DNA of 64,000 bases, from NCBI GenBank assembly GCA_013265495.1, contig MU058844.1:12670184-12734183 (forward strand), given 5' to 3'. The stretch comes from Vicugna vicugna. Lineage: Eukaryota. Position 1 is the stretch's first letter. Every line of letters starts with the position of its first letter. The notes under the pieces were generated by a model. It did not search any database. It saw nothing but the letters and a program-made list of their open reading frames with translations, and was not told where the DNA came from. Positions 28,191 through 43,100 of the stretch are shown in pieces. A program made the translations under genes and the position numbers.

Positions 28191-28588
28191 ACATGGATAA
28201 AGCTTGGAATTTCCATCTCCTAGAGAAGAGCCTTTTAAAAACGATCCCAACCTGTCCTCAGTGATCTTGAATTAAGAGTAACCACATTAAAAATGTACAC
28301 ATTCAAAGCCCACACACCCGCATCTGCTACATTTTCATGTAACTCAGGAATTCAGAACTGAAGTCATTTAAACTGAATTCGCTGCAATCAGAACCAGATA
28401 AAATGACTAAAGCCATTTCTAAACGGACTCTAGGGCTGCATGAGGGATGGGGGATTGCGCTCTAGAAATGTGCTGATTGGACTATTATAGAAAGCATTTA
28501 TTTTTGGTTTTATCTATTAAAAAGTGAAAACCTAAACTGCTCAGAGGACGATTTAGCAAAGATTACGAAACATGATCAATAGAGATCC

Positions 28589-29128
28589 TGATACTAACCT
28601 GTTTCGTGTTAAAGCCAAATCAGCCAAAGACCACCAGCAGGGAAGCCTGCAATTCGATAACATCAGATTTATTTGTAAGTCAAGAGGAAGAGCATTCCAG
28701 AGGAAACGTGGATACCCCTGGAAAAGGGAGATTGAAGCGTCTTTTGTAAGGTTTAGGTTCCCGCCAAAGGAGTCAGTAGGGTCTAGGGAGACCGGGGATC
28801 AGTTCTGGATTGGACGCTGTTTCTGAGGCGGTATTAGGAAAAGCGAAGCTTAACCGAGGATTGGATGCTGTCATGAGGAGAGGATCCTTCAGTAATTGGG
28901 TAGCCTAGTCATAAAATAGCGAAGTGGGTCTGGGCATCATTGGCAAGCGAGCAGTATTATTCCAAGACATGGCATTTTACAGCTGCTGCATGGGAGTGGG
29001 AAAAAACAAGCTGCTCTGTTAACTGTGTCTCTTTTCCCAGCATCGTTGCTTTTTCTCACTTCAGTCTGAGCTGATTTTCATTCTTTTGGTCCTGGCCCAA
29101 ACTGAGAATTTTGGTTTTGACTCTTTCA
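28589..29128 (-). mobile_element. Probable old ERV1-type solo LTR just upstream of the ZDHHC17 promoter
   Basis: Minus strand reads TGAAAG...TCA, with four CCAAT boxes then AATAAA (28668-28673). Family not assigned. Confidence 0.45.
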
Positions 29129-32100
29129 CCCAGCATGCAGAACTAGACAGAATTAGAGTTCTGCCTTTGGCACTCCACTGCTTTCAGAAACATTTTAACA
29201 TGGATAAAATCTTCACTTTTCTTCTTGCCCCTCCTTACCCTTATGCCATGCATTTACTGGGAATGGAGAAAAGACCGAAGTAAAAAAAAAAGGAAACAGT
29301 GAAAAAGTTGGGAGATGAGGTAAAGAAAGTATTGAATTGTAGAGGAGTGAAGAAAACTAGGCATGCAGAACAGAAAGGAATGTTTCGTGGATGCGCGTGT
29401 ATCAGGAACACTGGGGCAGGAGGATGACGGTGACTTTTCAAAAAACGAAGATGTTTAGCCTTCCCAGTGATCCTAGACTCGCAGAGGTCCTAAATGGAAG
29501 GATAAAGGCCAACTTCAGCCAGCAAACAAGTTTCATATCAAATATATTTCAAACAGATACCAAAATTCAATGAATCAAGAGACTTCACTTTAAAATCTGT
29601 ATTTCTAGATTATCCAGAAAATATACTTTTTCATTACCTGCCTGGCTATAGACATATTTTGTGTCTGTGACTTCTGAGAATTCTACAACTTAAACGTAGA
29701 GGAAATACTGAAAACAGATGGAAAGAAATTGCCTTGCTCACTGCTATAGGATTGAAATAATAGTTATCAAAAGAAGAGAGAAAGAAATCAGGAGCAAGAG
29801 CAGCCAGTCTTGGGAAAATATCTTGAAGTTGAGGCTTCAGCTAGGTTGAGTAAGACCAAAACAAACCCTGTAAGTACAACTAGAGTCCATGTACTTATCT
29901 ACACCCAGATTTAAGAGAATATATTCAAGAAATGGACATGTAGGTGGATAGATTAGCAAAAGACTAGCTTAACATTATGAAGGAATACAGAATCGTTGCT
30001 GAAAGAGAACAAAATACAAAGAAAATCGACTTTGTTAGAAAAGAATTGTGAATAAGAAATGTGAAAACCAGGCAGATTGAAGGGAATAGGGAAAGATCAT
30101 AGGGATATAGCCTTCATATGTAACTTCAGAGACTACTGGAGTAAAGACAGCACTGGCGATCATCCATTTGTAGTCCACCTCCAACAGTTCACAAATGAGA
30201 AATGATGGTTGGGGAATTTAAGAAACCCAGTTAAAGTCACAAAACTAGGTAGTAACAGAACTCTGTCTAGAAGCCTTCTGACTTCCCCATCTACTACTCT
30301 TGCCTCTACCTCACATTTCTTCTGTTGTATTTATCGAAATGAATTCTTGTTTGGTCCATTTAATAATTATGTATCAAACATTTGTTTTGTGTAAAAGTTA
30401 GAATAGGTAACCCCAACATAGAGTTTAGTAAACAAAACACTCTTCCATCCAGATTTCCCAGGCACATCAGGCCACCTGGGTTTGAATCCCATTTCTGTCA
30501 TCTTCTATGACCTGAGGAAAGTTACATATGTTCTCTGGCTCTGACATGCTTGCATGGTTGCCATGCCGTGTCTTCTCTTGCTCAGGCTTCAGTAGCTCTA
30601 GCCGACCTTCCATTTGCTGTGATACAGTGTGGGTCAAGTCTTTACTTTCTTTCCCCCATATCTGAGTCCAGTTTGGATTCCACTCTTAGTTTCTGTTTGA
30701 GGACAGAGCATTTCATCTTCTATTTACTTTTTCCGTATCTTGAGTACATGGTCGGGGAGACATATGCTCTGTTGAGGCAAGATACAGCCTGCATGAGAAA
30801 ACCTGAGTCATGTTATCTTTGCTAAGGGTTTATTCTAGCTCATATCTCATATCTCATTCCCACAGGGAAATATCTCAGATGTCAGATCGTCTCCCATCTT
30901 AGTGAGTAGCCCTGGAGCTTTCCCTTTCATTATAAAGAGTCAGCTGCATAGTTCACTTTCTCCACATCCCCAGCCTTTCTCGAAGCTATTTCCAGTCATG
31001 GACAGTGAGAAAGTTTGAGGGGTTCATAAATGCTGTGAAAGCATCTTTGAAACGTACAAACCAGAAAGCTCGTGGGTGACTTGGAGAGTACAGCTAGGGC
31101 AAAAATCCTCCAAACCCTGCATAGCATTTTTGACACCAGTTGGTCAAATATAACAAGTATTTGCCTGGGGTGTTCATGGAGAATAAAATATTAACAGTTT
31201 ATACTAAAAAAAACCATATATATATATGAACTGTAAATGAAAAATGGAAGGTGATGAATTAGGCTTGTTTCTCTGCAAATTTGGGGGTATTAGTGTGAAT
31301 CTCAGATACTTGGTATCTTTATTCATATAGCTTGAGATAGGTAGGTGGGTGAAAGGGTAAAGTTAAGAAGTAAGCTCATTCATTCTTCTCTGCTCTGTTT
31401 CAGAATATTATGTTCCTTTGTGTCCCTGTCTATTTTTTAACTTCTCTTTTTAGTTTGGGGATATGGCCCTTTCATTTTTTGGTTGCTGAATTGGTGAATT
31501 TTCTAGATTTTTTTTTTGAATAGGTATTAAGGGAGAGAAAAATTTGTGATGAAGTTTTAGTTGATCACCTGGGCATCTCAGAAATCCCCAACGCTTGAGA
31601 GTTTTCCTGTATACCCACTCGGGTTTTGATATGCTGATATAATCAGGTTCTCTAGTGACTATTCTCAAATTGCTGAACCTGAGAATCCCCTGTTCTTCCT
31701 ATAACTGGCTACCTCGTTCATTGCATGATTTTTCCTAATTTCTTTCTCTGAAATTAATCTCAAATTCAACTTTTGGGATGCTTGCTGTTAGATTAGTCCA
31801 TTATGAGAAGGCACTGGGAACTACAAATTTCCAAACATACAGACACACAATCTGGCATCAATATCAGTGGGTTAAGGACTCACTGAGCATAGTCCATGGA
31901 CCCCACGTGAAAAAAATCCCTGATTGTGATAAATCATGGCTTTAGTTCTTGACTAGTGTCTTAATCTATAAAGAACTTTGAGAAGTCATCTAGCTTACCC
32001 TGATGTAAGTGTGGTATGGAAGAAAGACTATTAAAAGAAACTGAACACTGGTCCTGATTTTCCAGCTAACTAACTGTATTTTCTTTTAATGCTTAACATA

Positions 32101-34601
32101 ATTTCTCCCTCTTTAGCATCCTAAACAAATACTCTCTGCACCCCTCAGCCCATGCCTTCACAAAGTCACCCCTATCATCTATCCCCTCTTAATACTTGAG
32201 ATGAGAAAGCAGAAGCTAGTCTACATTCCAGTTTGTTTCTTTTTCAATTAACAGTGAATAAGAATTCTTTTCAGAATTATTCCTAGGTAGCTAAGGATGT
32301 AAATTTATCCTAGTGTTTATATTTTGTGAATGTTCTTCAAATGCAGAAATTAAGAATAACCTGTTAATTTGGATATCTTTTAAGGTGATGTTTGCATAGA
32401 TTTCAGTAAGTTACTTTTAAGTGTTACAGGATTCTTTTAGCTCTGAAAGTCCCTGCATACTCTGCATCCGAGTCCCTTAGTGGCATTTATTCATCATCTC
32501 ATGGGACTGAGGGCATGACTTCAGCCCCTACTGCTGGAATCCTGGTGACAGGCAAATCTTTTTCTATTGGCTACCTTTGTTCCCTAAGCTGGGTTTGGCA
32601 GGTACAGTTATAAGTATCTGACAGACATGTATTTTTTCATCATTAAGAAAGAAATATTTCCCGAGACAACTATGCTAAACATTCATGGGAAATATTTGAA
32701 AATGCGTTGTTCGTTTCCCTCATGCCCAGCACGTGTGCTGATATGTCCATCAAGCAAACTGGTATCATCAGCCCCCCAAAACATATCTCCAACTAAATCT
32801 CTTTAACTGGTGCTGGCAAGGCTCAGGCTCACACTGAGAACTGGTAATACAGGGATTTGTTAGGAAGATGCTCTTCAGTTCTGTTACTGTGCAGCTGACA
32901 GAGCCTCACCAGCACTTACTACTGGAAACAAAGAACTTGTTTTTCTCCCAATAATATAGTGAACGAAATTATGACCATCCAGCAGTATTTGCATGTGCAT
33001 TAACTGTCTGAAGTATTTAAAACCATCACACACACACTCACACACCCACGGACAATTTTCACTGGAGGAAAGCCCTGAGTATTGTATGCTCTTTGTCACT
33101 TTAATTTCTCAGCCTTCGTTTTGTCATCTATAAAATGAGGAGGCTTAGAATAGGTGTGCTTGGAAAGTCGCTTTCATCTTTATGATTCTAATTATAATAA
33201 CACCATCTTGGACAGATGATAATTCCTTTTAAATGCTCATAATGAAAAGTCCACCATGTCTGTAATTAACCTCTGTTCTGTTCTGTCTGTGATAGTTTTT
33301 ACTGTCAGGAATTTCTTCCTGATTTCTATCCTAAGTCCCTCAGGCCGTACACTTTGTTTTATTTTCTTTTCTTCTCAATTTTCTTAATATTCTCTTTTAT
33401 CTTCCTCACCTAAATCATTCCGAGAGAGGTAAAGTCTTATTAGTGAAACCTAAGGAAGGACTTCCAACTTCTAAATCATTAATGCACGTGGTGAATGAGA
33501 TGAGACACAGTCCTAACACCCAAAGTCAGTTTATTAGATATTCTGTCTCTTAGATAAGAGGAGCTAAACTGTTGTAGTTGTGATATCTGGTATTCCCAGC
33601 TCTTGTCTCCTAGATTATACCCTCTAAGCTTCACTCAGAGGGAAGGCGCCATAGCTAAAGATATCACATTAAGAGAGAAAAATAGAAGTGAAAGCTTTTA
33701 TCTGAATCTGGGGCCTTACTCCACTTTAGGCATCAGCACTGAATTGCTGTCTGCCATCCCCAGACTCTTGAAGAGTCCTATTCAAAATACCTCCCTAATT
33801 AGAAATTAACAATTTTCTCTCTTTTTTAAAGCAGTGTTTCAATTTTAAAAGTAACAATTGTACATCCTTTTAAAAATTTAAATAGTTAGGTAATACCTAC
33901 AATTAAAATTGTCTCTTTCCCCTCACCATTCATTCCAATAACACTTCCCAGAGTTAATCATGGTTAACCGTTGTCGTCCCAGAATTTTACGGTATATACA
34001 TACATATCCTTAAAAGATGATGTTTGAGGTGTACAAACTGTTCCACACCTTGTCTGTGTTTTTTTCACTTAAGAATTTGTCTTGAAATTCTGCCCATTGC
34101 AGCATTTATAATTTTTATTTTATTCAGTTTAATGTCTTGTGCAGTATTCTCTTGGGACCTTATATATCAGAATAATTTTGGCTTTAAATAATGGAAAACT
34201 TGACTAAAAGTGGTTTATATGGTAAAGACTTATTATTTCTTACAACAAGAAGTCTAAAGTCAGGTTAATTCAACTTCAGTAATTTCATGAAGATTCTAGT
34301 ATTTCCCAGGTTGATTTAACAGCTCAGTAATATTATGAAGATTCAATTAGATTCTTTTCTTCTGCTCTGTTATTCTTGGTAAAGAGGCAAGAAACCTCAT
34401 GATCTCAACATGGCTGCTGCAGCTCACAAAGCAGTACAAATGGGCAATAAAAGCATTGTACCTTCTCACGTGCTTCTTTTTTAAATCATGGAAAGCTTGC
34501 AGAATACCACCCTTCAGGTTGCATTGGTCAGGATTTACCTGTCTGTCTATGCTAAAGCCAATCTTTGGCAAAGGAAATGAGACCACTCTGATTAGCTTAT
34601 A

Positions 34602-34912
34602 CAAGGGATTGGCAAATTATGGCTTATGGCAAATCTGGCCCATTGCTTGTTTTTATAGGACCTGTGAGCTATGGGTTTTACATTCTTGAATGGCTGCAAA
34701 AAAAAAAATCAAAGGAAAAATAATACTTTGTGATGTAGAAAAAGTATGTGAAATTCAAAGTTCAGTGTCTATAAATAAAGTTTAGGTATTCTTCAAGACT
34801 GCCCTTCACACTACAACAGCAGAGTTGAGTAGTTGAAACAGACATCATATGGCTCATAAAGCCTGAAATATTTACTGTCTAGTCCTTTAGAGGAAACATT
34901 TGCCAGCTCCTG
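34602..34912. mobile_element. MER58B-like MITE inserted in an old MLT1 LTR
   Basis: CAAGGGATTGGCAAA...TTTGCCAGCTCCTG ends. MLT1-like sequence flanks both sides. Confidence 0.7.
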
Positions 34913-35529
34913 GCTTAGACTTCGCCTGGGTCCAGGAAGCCCCTCCCCAAAACACAATACTATGCGGTCAGAAAGCACAAACAAAATGAGAGCTCTTCTC
35001 AACAAGGAAAGAGAGGGAGAGAAGAAATGGATTTGGGGAGGGAGACAACGTCTGTTTTTTATCACCTCCCATTTTCTTAGAAATTTCAATCAGCTCTCTC
35101 AGAACAGATCCATGTTTAAATGTTCATAGGTAACAACAACTCACAAATTATTGTTGGAAGGTGAGCTGGTTCTCACATTGCTTCAGGCTAGGCAGAAGGT
35201 TTGGTGTAAGGATTAATGTAACTGCTTTACCATGGTTTACAAAAAGAAGTCCTAACTAGCATGGCACACAAAATCTTCTGACCCTAACTCTCGCTTGCCT
35301 CACCAGCTTCCCTGCCACCTCCAGCAGGACCTACTGCTCCTCCCATCATGAAACACGTAAAAGTTCCTGAATTTACCAAGCCTTTTTGTTTTTGTCCATC
35401 CTGTTACCTTTTCCTGGAGCACTCTTCCCTCTTTGTCTACACGGAAAATTTCTAAGGTGAGCCATTAAGACAGAACTTGTTATTTCTTCTGAGAAACCCT
35501 ATAGCACCACATTTGAGGCTGTCTTACTT

Positions 35530-38500
35530 TGTTGTCTTTGCTTGAGTTCCCTAAGAAGAATAACTGGAGGCGAGGGCTTCCTCACAGTCATTTATCTGGG
35601 GACATGATCCCAGGGAACAAGAGTCCGGCGGATAGGACTAGGAGTAGAACAGGACAAGGAGAAAACCAGTACAGTACATTATTGAGCTGGTTACCTTTGC
35701 CTTTACACTGGGGGCTCTGTTCTGCTAGAGAGCTTCTGAGAGCCCTGAATTCAGAATTGTTTGCTGAGACACAGAAGAAGGAAGCATCTTGTCCCCAAGG
35801 GGTGTTCATTCTCTCGTACTTCCATGTTTGCAGAGCAGAGAAGCCCCAGGGCAGAAAGTAAGAGATACTTTGTGCAGATATCATTAGGTGCCACCTTGTC
35901 TCAGCTGGTAGCTCTGGGTATGAAATGGGCATAAGAGATGTCTGACACACTCCAGGATGTGTATTACTCAGATCTGCTAGTAGCCCGCATTACGTGTAGT
36001 CTGTCACAGAGCTTTCAAGGTGGTAGCTTAACAGCCATGCCTACAAAGAGGAACAAGCAACGCTCCTGAAACTGTAAATGGTGCCAAGGCCATAACTGAT
36101 ATTTGTCTTTTCACTGCTTGTTGTAGGCTGTTTGCCTGGAGAGTTACCCAGTTCTTCATCTTGGGGTGGCTGGAGCCCTTGGTTGCTTTAGCCTGACTGG
36201 GTCAGGGTTGTTGGCATTTGTCCACTTAATGGTAATCAGTGGGTATGGAGCACAAAGAACTGGGTGTGGAAACACCTTGCTACTCACTGTTTAGCAGATC
36301 CAACTGGCATGACATCATCCGTGTAGCACAATGTTCTGCAGACTATTAAACTGATCGATGTCCCTGTGGCACCTACAATGTGGTTGTTGCTCCTTTTCAC
36401 TGACAGGGATTGAGAAGAAAGTATTCATTGGAGCAGCAATGTTCTGCAGACTATTAAACTGATCGATGTCCCTGTGGCACCTACAATGTGGTTGTTGCTC
36501 CTTTTCACTGACAGGGATTGAGAAGAAAGTATTCATTGGAGCAACAACCACATACTAGGTGCCAAAGGCTGTGTGGTTATATTCTAGTAAAGATAACAGC
36601 CCTGGCACAGCAACTGTGATTTGGGCTATTCTTAGGTTAAGTTGACAATAGTTCACCATCAGCTGCTGTGCTGGATCTGGGATTTTGCCATGGCCAAACC
36701 GGCTAAGTAGGTGAGCAATATGCTGGGTAGCAAAATTTGTGCATCCTTTAAGCCTTTGATAATGGCACTAAGTCTATTTCTTCTGAGGATATTACACTCC
36801 TTCTGATTCATTACTGTAATCAGTGAAGGTATACAGTTTCGGGGGCTTCTACTGGTCCTTTCTATCGTAGTAACTCTTACTGCACAGGTCAAGAAAACAC
36901 AGTGAGGGTTCTGCCAGTTATAACTATATCCATTCCAATTGTTCACTGGGAACGAAGCATATAAGCAAAGGCAGGTCTGTGACTCCCCTGGACCACTGAG
37001 AGGACTTGGGCCAGCAGGTTTCCAGGAACTCTCAGTTTACCTGGGGGCTATGATAGCGCTGCCGGTTTCCTGGTATAAGTGTTGGCTCAGACCCTGTATC
37101 CAACAAGCCTTAAAATGCCTTTGTTTCCCTGTGCTCCACGTACAGCTTCTCTGTAAATGGGCAAAGGTACTTTCGGAGAACAATGAGGAGAGTATGTATA
37201 CGCTCCTGCTAGTGTTGCTGAGTCTTTACTCAGCCTTCCCTGCAAACGATGGGCATTGGGTCTGAGAACCTACTTAGATCTGTAAACTGGATGAGGGGTT
37301 GCAATTTTCTGTGGAGACAACTGTCATCAGTGTTCTGTTAACCAGCTGTTGATTTTTTCTGGTTATACATACAGATCAAGCAACATCCTCGTGGATGCTC
37401 ATTTAACTTGCCCTGAGACACACCATGGCCTATTAGTTATTATCGCAGAGCCCTGTGGGTGAAGATATCCCAGCTGCCACTCTGGCCTTGGAGCACATTA
37501 TCACAATTGTGTATACTTTCCTTCTGCCAGTCAAGTGCTACCACCTGACCTCTGCTATTTTGGATTCTTATCAATCTAGTTAATAGGAAGGAGCCCGGTT
37601 CCAGAGCAGCTTCTCTTACTGTCAGCTACAGTGGACAACTACCACTGAGCTTCTCAAAGATGCCAGTGGTACCCTCACCACTGTATTTCCTCCTGCCTTG
37701 GAGATGGGTGTGTCTACTGGGCCCTTACAAGGAACATAGTAAGATGGTGGGTTCTCAGGTATAATGTTTAAATTTGCTCTAACATTCTAACCAAAGCCTT
37801 TTGACATCTTCTTCAAGGCAGTCAAGGCACTTCTAGAATCTCTCCTTTATTTGCTATAGGCCTTCATCCTATCCAGGCGTCAAGGAGCCATCCCAGCAAT
37901 ATATTAGAACTAGTTCCAGGTGTCCTTGCTACGTCATGAAAATCCAGCTGTTTTTCATGTCAGCAAATTCTCTCCTGTCCACTTCTGTATTCTGCTTTCC
38001 CTGGTCCAGCACTTTCAAGATTCACTCCTCAGTTCCTCCAGATAAATAAATATCAACCTGGCCTTATAGATCATTATTTATGTGCCTGTTGCTTCACACA
38101 AGGCTTTTGCAGGGTCTACAGAAAAGGAAGCTATTCTCAAGCAGAGCAGAAGGAGCTGCTTGTGCCAACACAGATTTCATAAGAATCTGGGGGTTGACAT
38201 TTCTCAGGCTTGTCCACTAAATGCTACTGTTGCAAGTCTCAGGATTCCATTCTTTCCCTTCCAGGGCCCTAACTTTGAAATAGAAGACTTGTCAAGACAG
38301 TATATTCAGTCTCCTTTGTAGCTATGTGAGCTTACAACTCAGTCCTGGGTCTGATTATCAACACAGTTTGCTCTGTGGACACAAAGGGTAAGCATCTCTT
38401 TAAATGCTGCCTTGGAGGCTTCCTGATTTTCACAGCCTGCCTAGAATTGAAAGCTACTAACTTGAGCCTGTCCCTTTTTTCTTTTTCCCTTTTCTCTTTT

Positions 38501-39337
38501 TTAAAAAATTTTCAGGAGCCCTTAACAAAAATGAGCCAATCTACAGGCCTTATAACTACCACTGGCTTCAAACTGTTCAGGGACCATCCTTAATCCATAT
38601 GCAAATACTTGATTTTCTACCTATAATTCATCCCAGTCATTTACCAGTAAAAATCTTAGTAATGCTGATTCAGGCCAGGGGTTATCACCACCCATACTTT
38701 CCACCAAAAGTGGAAATGTCTGACTGGCAAAAAATTCAGTTTCAGAGTCATTTTCTGGACTTCTTCCTTCTAAGTCTGCTCTTGAGATCAAATGTCTTAT
38801 CTTGGGTTCCCTCAAAAACTAGAGTCTGATACAAGGGTTTGGATGCAATTAGTTTGTTGTGAAAGTAATTCCAGAGGACAGGAGTGTGAGCATGGAGAAG
38901 AATGGTAAATAGAAGGAAAGAAAGCCAAGCCAAGCACGCCGTTTTTTGAGCTGGTCACCACTATGGGCACCTGGAGCTTTGTCCTGTTGAGAGTTTTTAG
39001 AGAGCTGTATAAATTGTGCCTCAGAATTGCCAGAATTACCTGACACGAAAGAGTTGATGATTGAGTCACTGGCTCTATCCCTCAGTGATAAAAGGTTGCT
39101 CCAGTAAGTGGCAACTCCTTCACTCTTCCCAGTCTATGCCTGTGCCAAAATAGCTGAATGGGTGCCTGCAGGCATAACGGGTGGTGGCAGCGGCAGAGTA
39201 TTCCTACTGCGAAAGCAGGAGATTCTCCGTGCACTTGAGGGAAGACCATGACAGAGCATAGCTGGCTGCAGCAGCAAAGGCTGGAGCAAAAAGGTAAGCC
39301 ATGAAAATATGAACGATGAATAAAAGATGTTTACACA
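35530..39337 (-). mobile_element. Ancient, internally deleted ERVL-class provirus with two diverged LTR16/LTR33-like LTRs
   Basis: Related LTRs at ~35530-35950 and 38793-39337. Internal minus-strand translation gives ERVL RT remnants (SAIIKGLKDA, NTFFSIPV). Confidence 0.7.
36329..36543. repeat. Perfect tandem duplication, period 108 bp
   Basis: 36329-36435 is identical to 36437-36543. It appears as a 36-aa repeat in ORF 36315..36551. Confidence 0.95.
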
Positions 39338-40364
39338 TGTACATTGTAATAATCATGTATATTGTAATAATCAGACTACCTCACAGTTATTTCTCTGTGT
39401 GCCTGTCATCGGTCCTAGGTGCTAAGTACTTTAAAAATCGGGACATGGGATAAATTGGCATTATGTGTCTTCTGAAATGATGCACTGAGAAAAAGACAAC
39501 ATCACTTCTATGATAATTCCACCAAAAATCATATTCTGAATCTAATGATCAAGAAACGTGACAAACCCAAACTGAGGGACATTCTGCAAAATTTAAGGTC
39601 TGTATGCCTAAAAAAATGTCAGTGTCATGAACGACAATGGAAGAATGAGGAATATTCCAAATTAAATAAAAACTGTATGCCACATATGACCCAGAATTCT
39701 GTTTTGCTATAGTAGACATAATTGGAATAATTAGCAAAATTTGAATATGAACTGATAGTAGACAGTACTTTTGCATCAATGCTAATTTCCTTATTTTAAT
39801 CATTTCCCTATTTTAATCTAAACAATGATTAGAGTGTCCTTGTTTTTAGGAAATATATGCTGAAATATTTAAGGATAATGGAGCATCACGGCTGAAAGAC
39901 TCAAAGAGGAAATGATAATAAAATGTTCATGTTTGAGGAATCTGGTGAAGGGTATATGGAAATTCTTTATTCAGTTATTGCAAAAAAGTTCTGAAATTAT
40001 GTCAAAAAATTTTAATTTTAAACGAAATAAATGGATGTATACTTATTTATTCATATATATGTGTGTATGTGTATATGTGCATGTGTAATTGATTAATTAT
40101 CTAGCACCTAGAACAATGCCTATTGTCATACAGTAGATTTTCAGTAAATGTTGTAGAAATCAGAAGAGGAATGCTCTGAAGCAAATCAAGGGCAGGTTTC
40201 TTTTCCCTTGATGATAGCACTTCCTTTTCCCTGGATGATAATTTCAGGACACTGTGCTTAGGATTTGTGCTCTCACCCTAAACTACCATATAACTTCCAA
40301 GTGAAAACTGCACTTTTATGATGTACCTTGGTCTAACATTTAGGAAGAAGTTATACTGATTCTC

Positions 40365-43100
40365 TATAATCTCTTTTAGAAGACAGAAGCAGAAAGAATA
40401 CTTCCTAATTCATTCTAATGCTAACTCACTAGCATTACTCATATCAAAACCAGAGATGTTACAAGAAAAGAAAGCTACAGACAAATATCTCTCATGAACA
40501 CAGATGCAAAAATCCTCACCAAAATATTAGTAAGTTGAATCCAACAATGTAGAAAAAGAATTACACACTACAACCAAGTGGGATTTATCCTAGTCAGTCT
40601 GGCTTAACAAAAATCAATTAACATAATCCATCATGTTAACAGGCTACAAAAGAAAAATCACACAATAATATCAAGCGATGCAGAAAAGGCATTTGACAAA
40701 ATCTAACACCTATTCATCATAAAAACTCTCAGTAAATTAGGAGTAAAGGGGAACTGCCTCAATTTGATTTTAAAAAAACTACAAAAAAATGTATAGCTAA
40801 CATCATACTCAATGATGAGATACTAGAAGCTTTCCTACTGAGATCAGGAATTAGGCAAGGATATTACCTCTCATTGCCCCATTTCAACATCATACTGAAA
40901 GTACTTGCTAATGCCATAGGACAGGAAAAGGAAATAAAAGGCATGCAGATTGGGAAGGCAAAAATTAAACTGTCTTTGTTTATAGATGGCATTACATCTA
41001 TGTAGAAAATGCAAGAGATTTGACAAAAAAAAAAAAAAAAAAAAAAAAAACCTCCTGGAACTAATAATTGATTGTAGCATGATTGCAAGATACAAGATTA
41101 ATATATGTATGTCAATTGCTTTCCTGTATACTATCAATGAACAAATGGAATTTGAGATTAAAAACACAATGCAATTTATATTAGCACCCCTCAAAAAGTG
41201 AAATAACTGGCTATAGTCTAACAAAATATGTACAAGAGTTGTATGGGGAAAACTGCAAAACTCTGAAGAACAAAATTAAAGAAGAATGAAATAAATAGAA
41301 AGATATTCCATGTTCATAGATAGGAAGACTCAGTATTGTCAAGATGTCAGTTCTTCCCAACTTGATAGATAAATACAACACAATTCCAATCAAAATCCCA
41401 GCAAATCACAGTTATTTTGTGAATATTGACAAAAATGAGTCTAAAATATATATGGAGAGACAAAAGATACAATAGATAACACAATATTGAAAGAAAACAA
41501 CAAAGGTCAAGGATGACACTACCCAATTTAAGACTTACTATAAAGCTGTAGTAATCAAGACAGTGTGTTATTGGTGAAAGACTAGACAAACAGATCAATG
41601 GAACAAAATAGCCCCAAAATGGACCCAGATATATAGTTAACTTATCTTTGACAAAGGATGAAAAGCATTACAATAGAGCAAAGATAGGCTTTTCAACAAA
41701 TCGCACTAGAACAACTGGACATCCACATGTCAAAAAGTGAATCTAGACACATCCTTCACAAAAATTAACTCAAAACGGATGACAGATCTAAATGTAAAAT
41801 GCAAAACTATAAAAACTTCTAGATGATAACACAGGAGAAAACTTAGATGACCTTGCTTATGGTGATGGTGATGACTTTTTAGATACAATACTGAAGAATG
41901 ATCCATGAAAGAAATAATGGATAAACTAGACTTACTAAAATTAAAAACTGCTGCTCTGCGAAAAACAATGTCACGAGCATGAGAAGACAAGCCACAGGCT
42001 GGAGGAAAATATTTGCAAGACACATCTGTTAAAGAATTGTTATCCAAAATATACAAAGAATTCTTAAAATTCAACAATAAGAAAACAAACAACTTGATTT
42101 AAAAAATAGTGCACAGATCTAAACACATTACCAAAGAAGATATGCAGATGGCAAATAAGCTTATGAAAAGCTGTTCCACAACATATGTCATCAGGGAAAT
42201 ACAAATTAAAACAATGAGATTCTACTACATACCCATTAGAATGGTCAAAATCTGGAACACTGACAACACCAAATGCTGCCAATGGTATGGAGGACCAGGA
42301 ACTCTGATGTGTTACTGGTAGGAATACAAAATGGTACAGCCACATTGGAAAGCAGTTTGGCAGTTTCTTCCGAAATGAATCACACTCTTACTGTATGATC
42401 CAGCAACCATACTGCTTGGTAGTTACCCAAAGGAGTTGAAAATGTATGTTCACACACACAAACCTGCACATGGATGTTTGTAAAAGCTTTACTCATAACT
42501 GCCAAACTTGCAAGCAACCAAGATGTCCCTCAGTAGGTGAATCGATAAATTGTGGTACATATAGATGATGGAATATTATTCAGTGCTAAAAAGAAATGAG
42601 CTATTAGGCCATTAAAAGACATGGAAGAAACTTAAATGCTTATTACTAAGTGAAAGAAGCCAATTTGAAAAGTACATACTGTAAGATTCTAACTATGTGA
42701 TTCTGGAAAAGGCAAAACTATGGAGACAGTAAAAAGATCAGGGGTTGTCTGGGGTTGTCTGGGGTTAGGGAATGGGCACTGGTGAGGAATGACCAGGCAA
42801 AGCACAGAGAATTTTAAGGGCACTGAAAATACTCTGTATGATACTGTAATGGAGGATACATGTCATTGTGCATTTGTCCAAACCCACAGAATGTACAACA
42901 CTAAGAATGAACGGTAACGTAAACTATGGACTTTGGCTGATAATGATGTATGAATGTAGATTCATCAGTTGGTTGTGGGGCATGTTGGTAATGGGGGAGG
43001 CTATGCATGTGTGAGGTTATGGGATATATGGAAAATCTCTGCACCTTCCCCTCAATTTTCTGTGAACCTAAAATTGCTCTAAAAAAGTAGTCTTTAAATA
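40365..43100 (+). mobile_element. Old L1 (L1MC-like) ORF2 3' half and 3' UTR
   Basis: Degenerate RT-region sequence (CTACAGACAAATATCTCTCATGAACACAGATGCAAAAATCCTC; GATGCAGAAAAGGCATTTGACAAAAT) with many stops, and an L1MC 3' end. Confidence 0.85.

Noticed and set aside
27019..28216. Long ORFs on both strands over the promoter (291, 199, 162, 135 aa)
   Set aside because: Stop-poor GC-rich CpG island giving low-complexity Pro/Arg/Gly translations. Only the 31-codon ZDHHC17 exon is recognisable.
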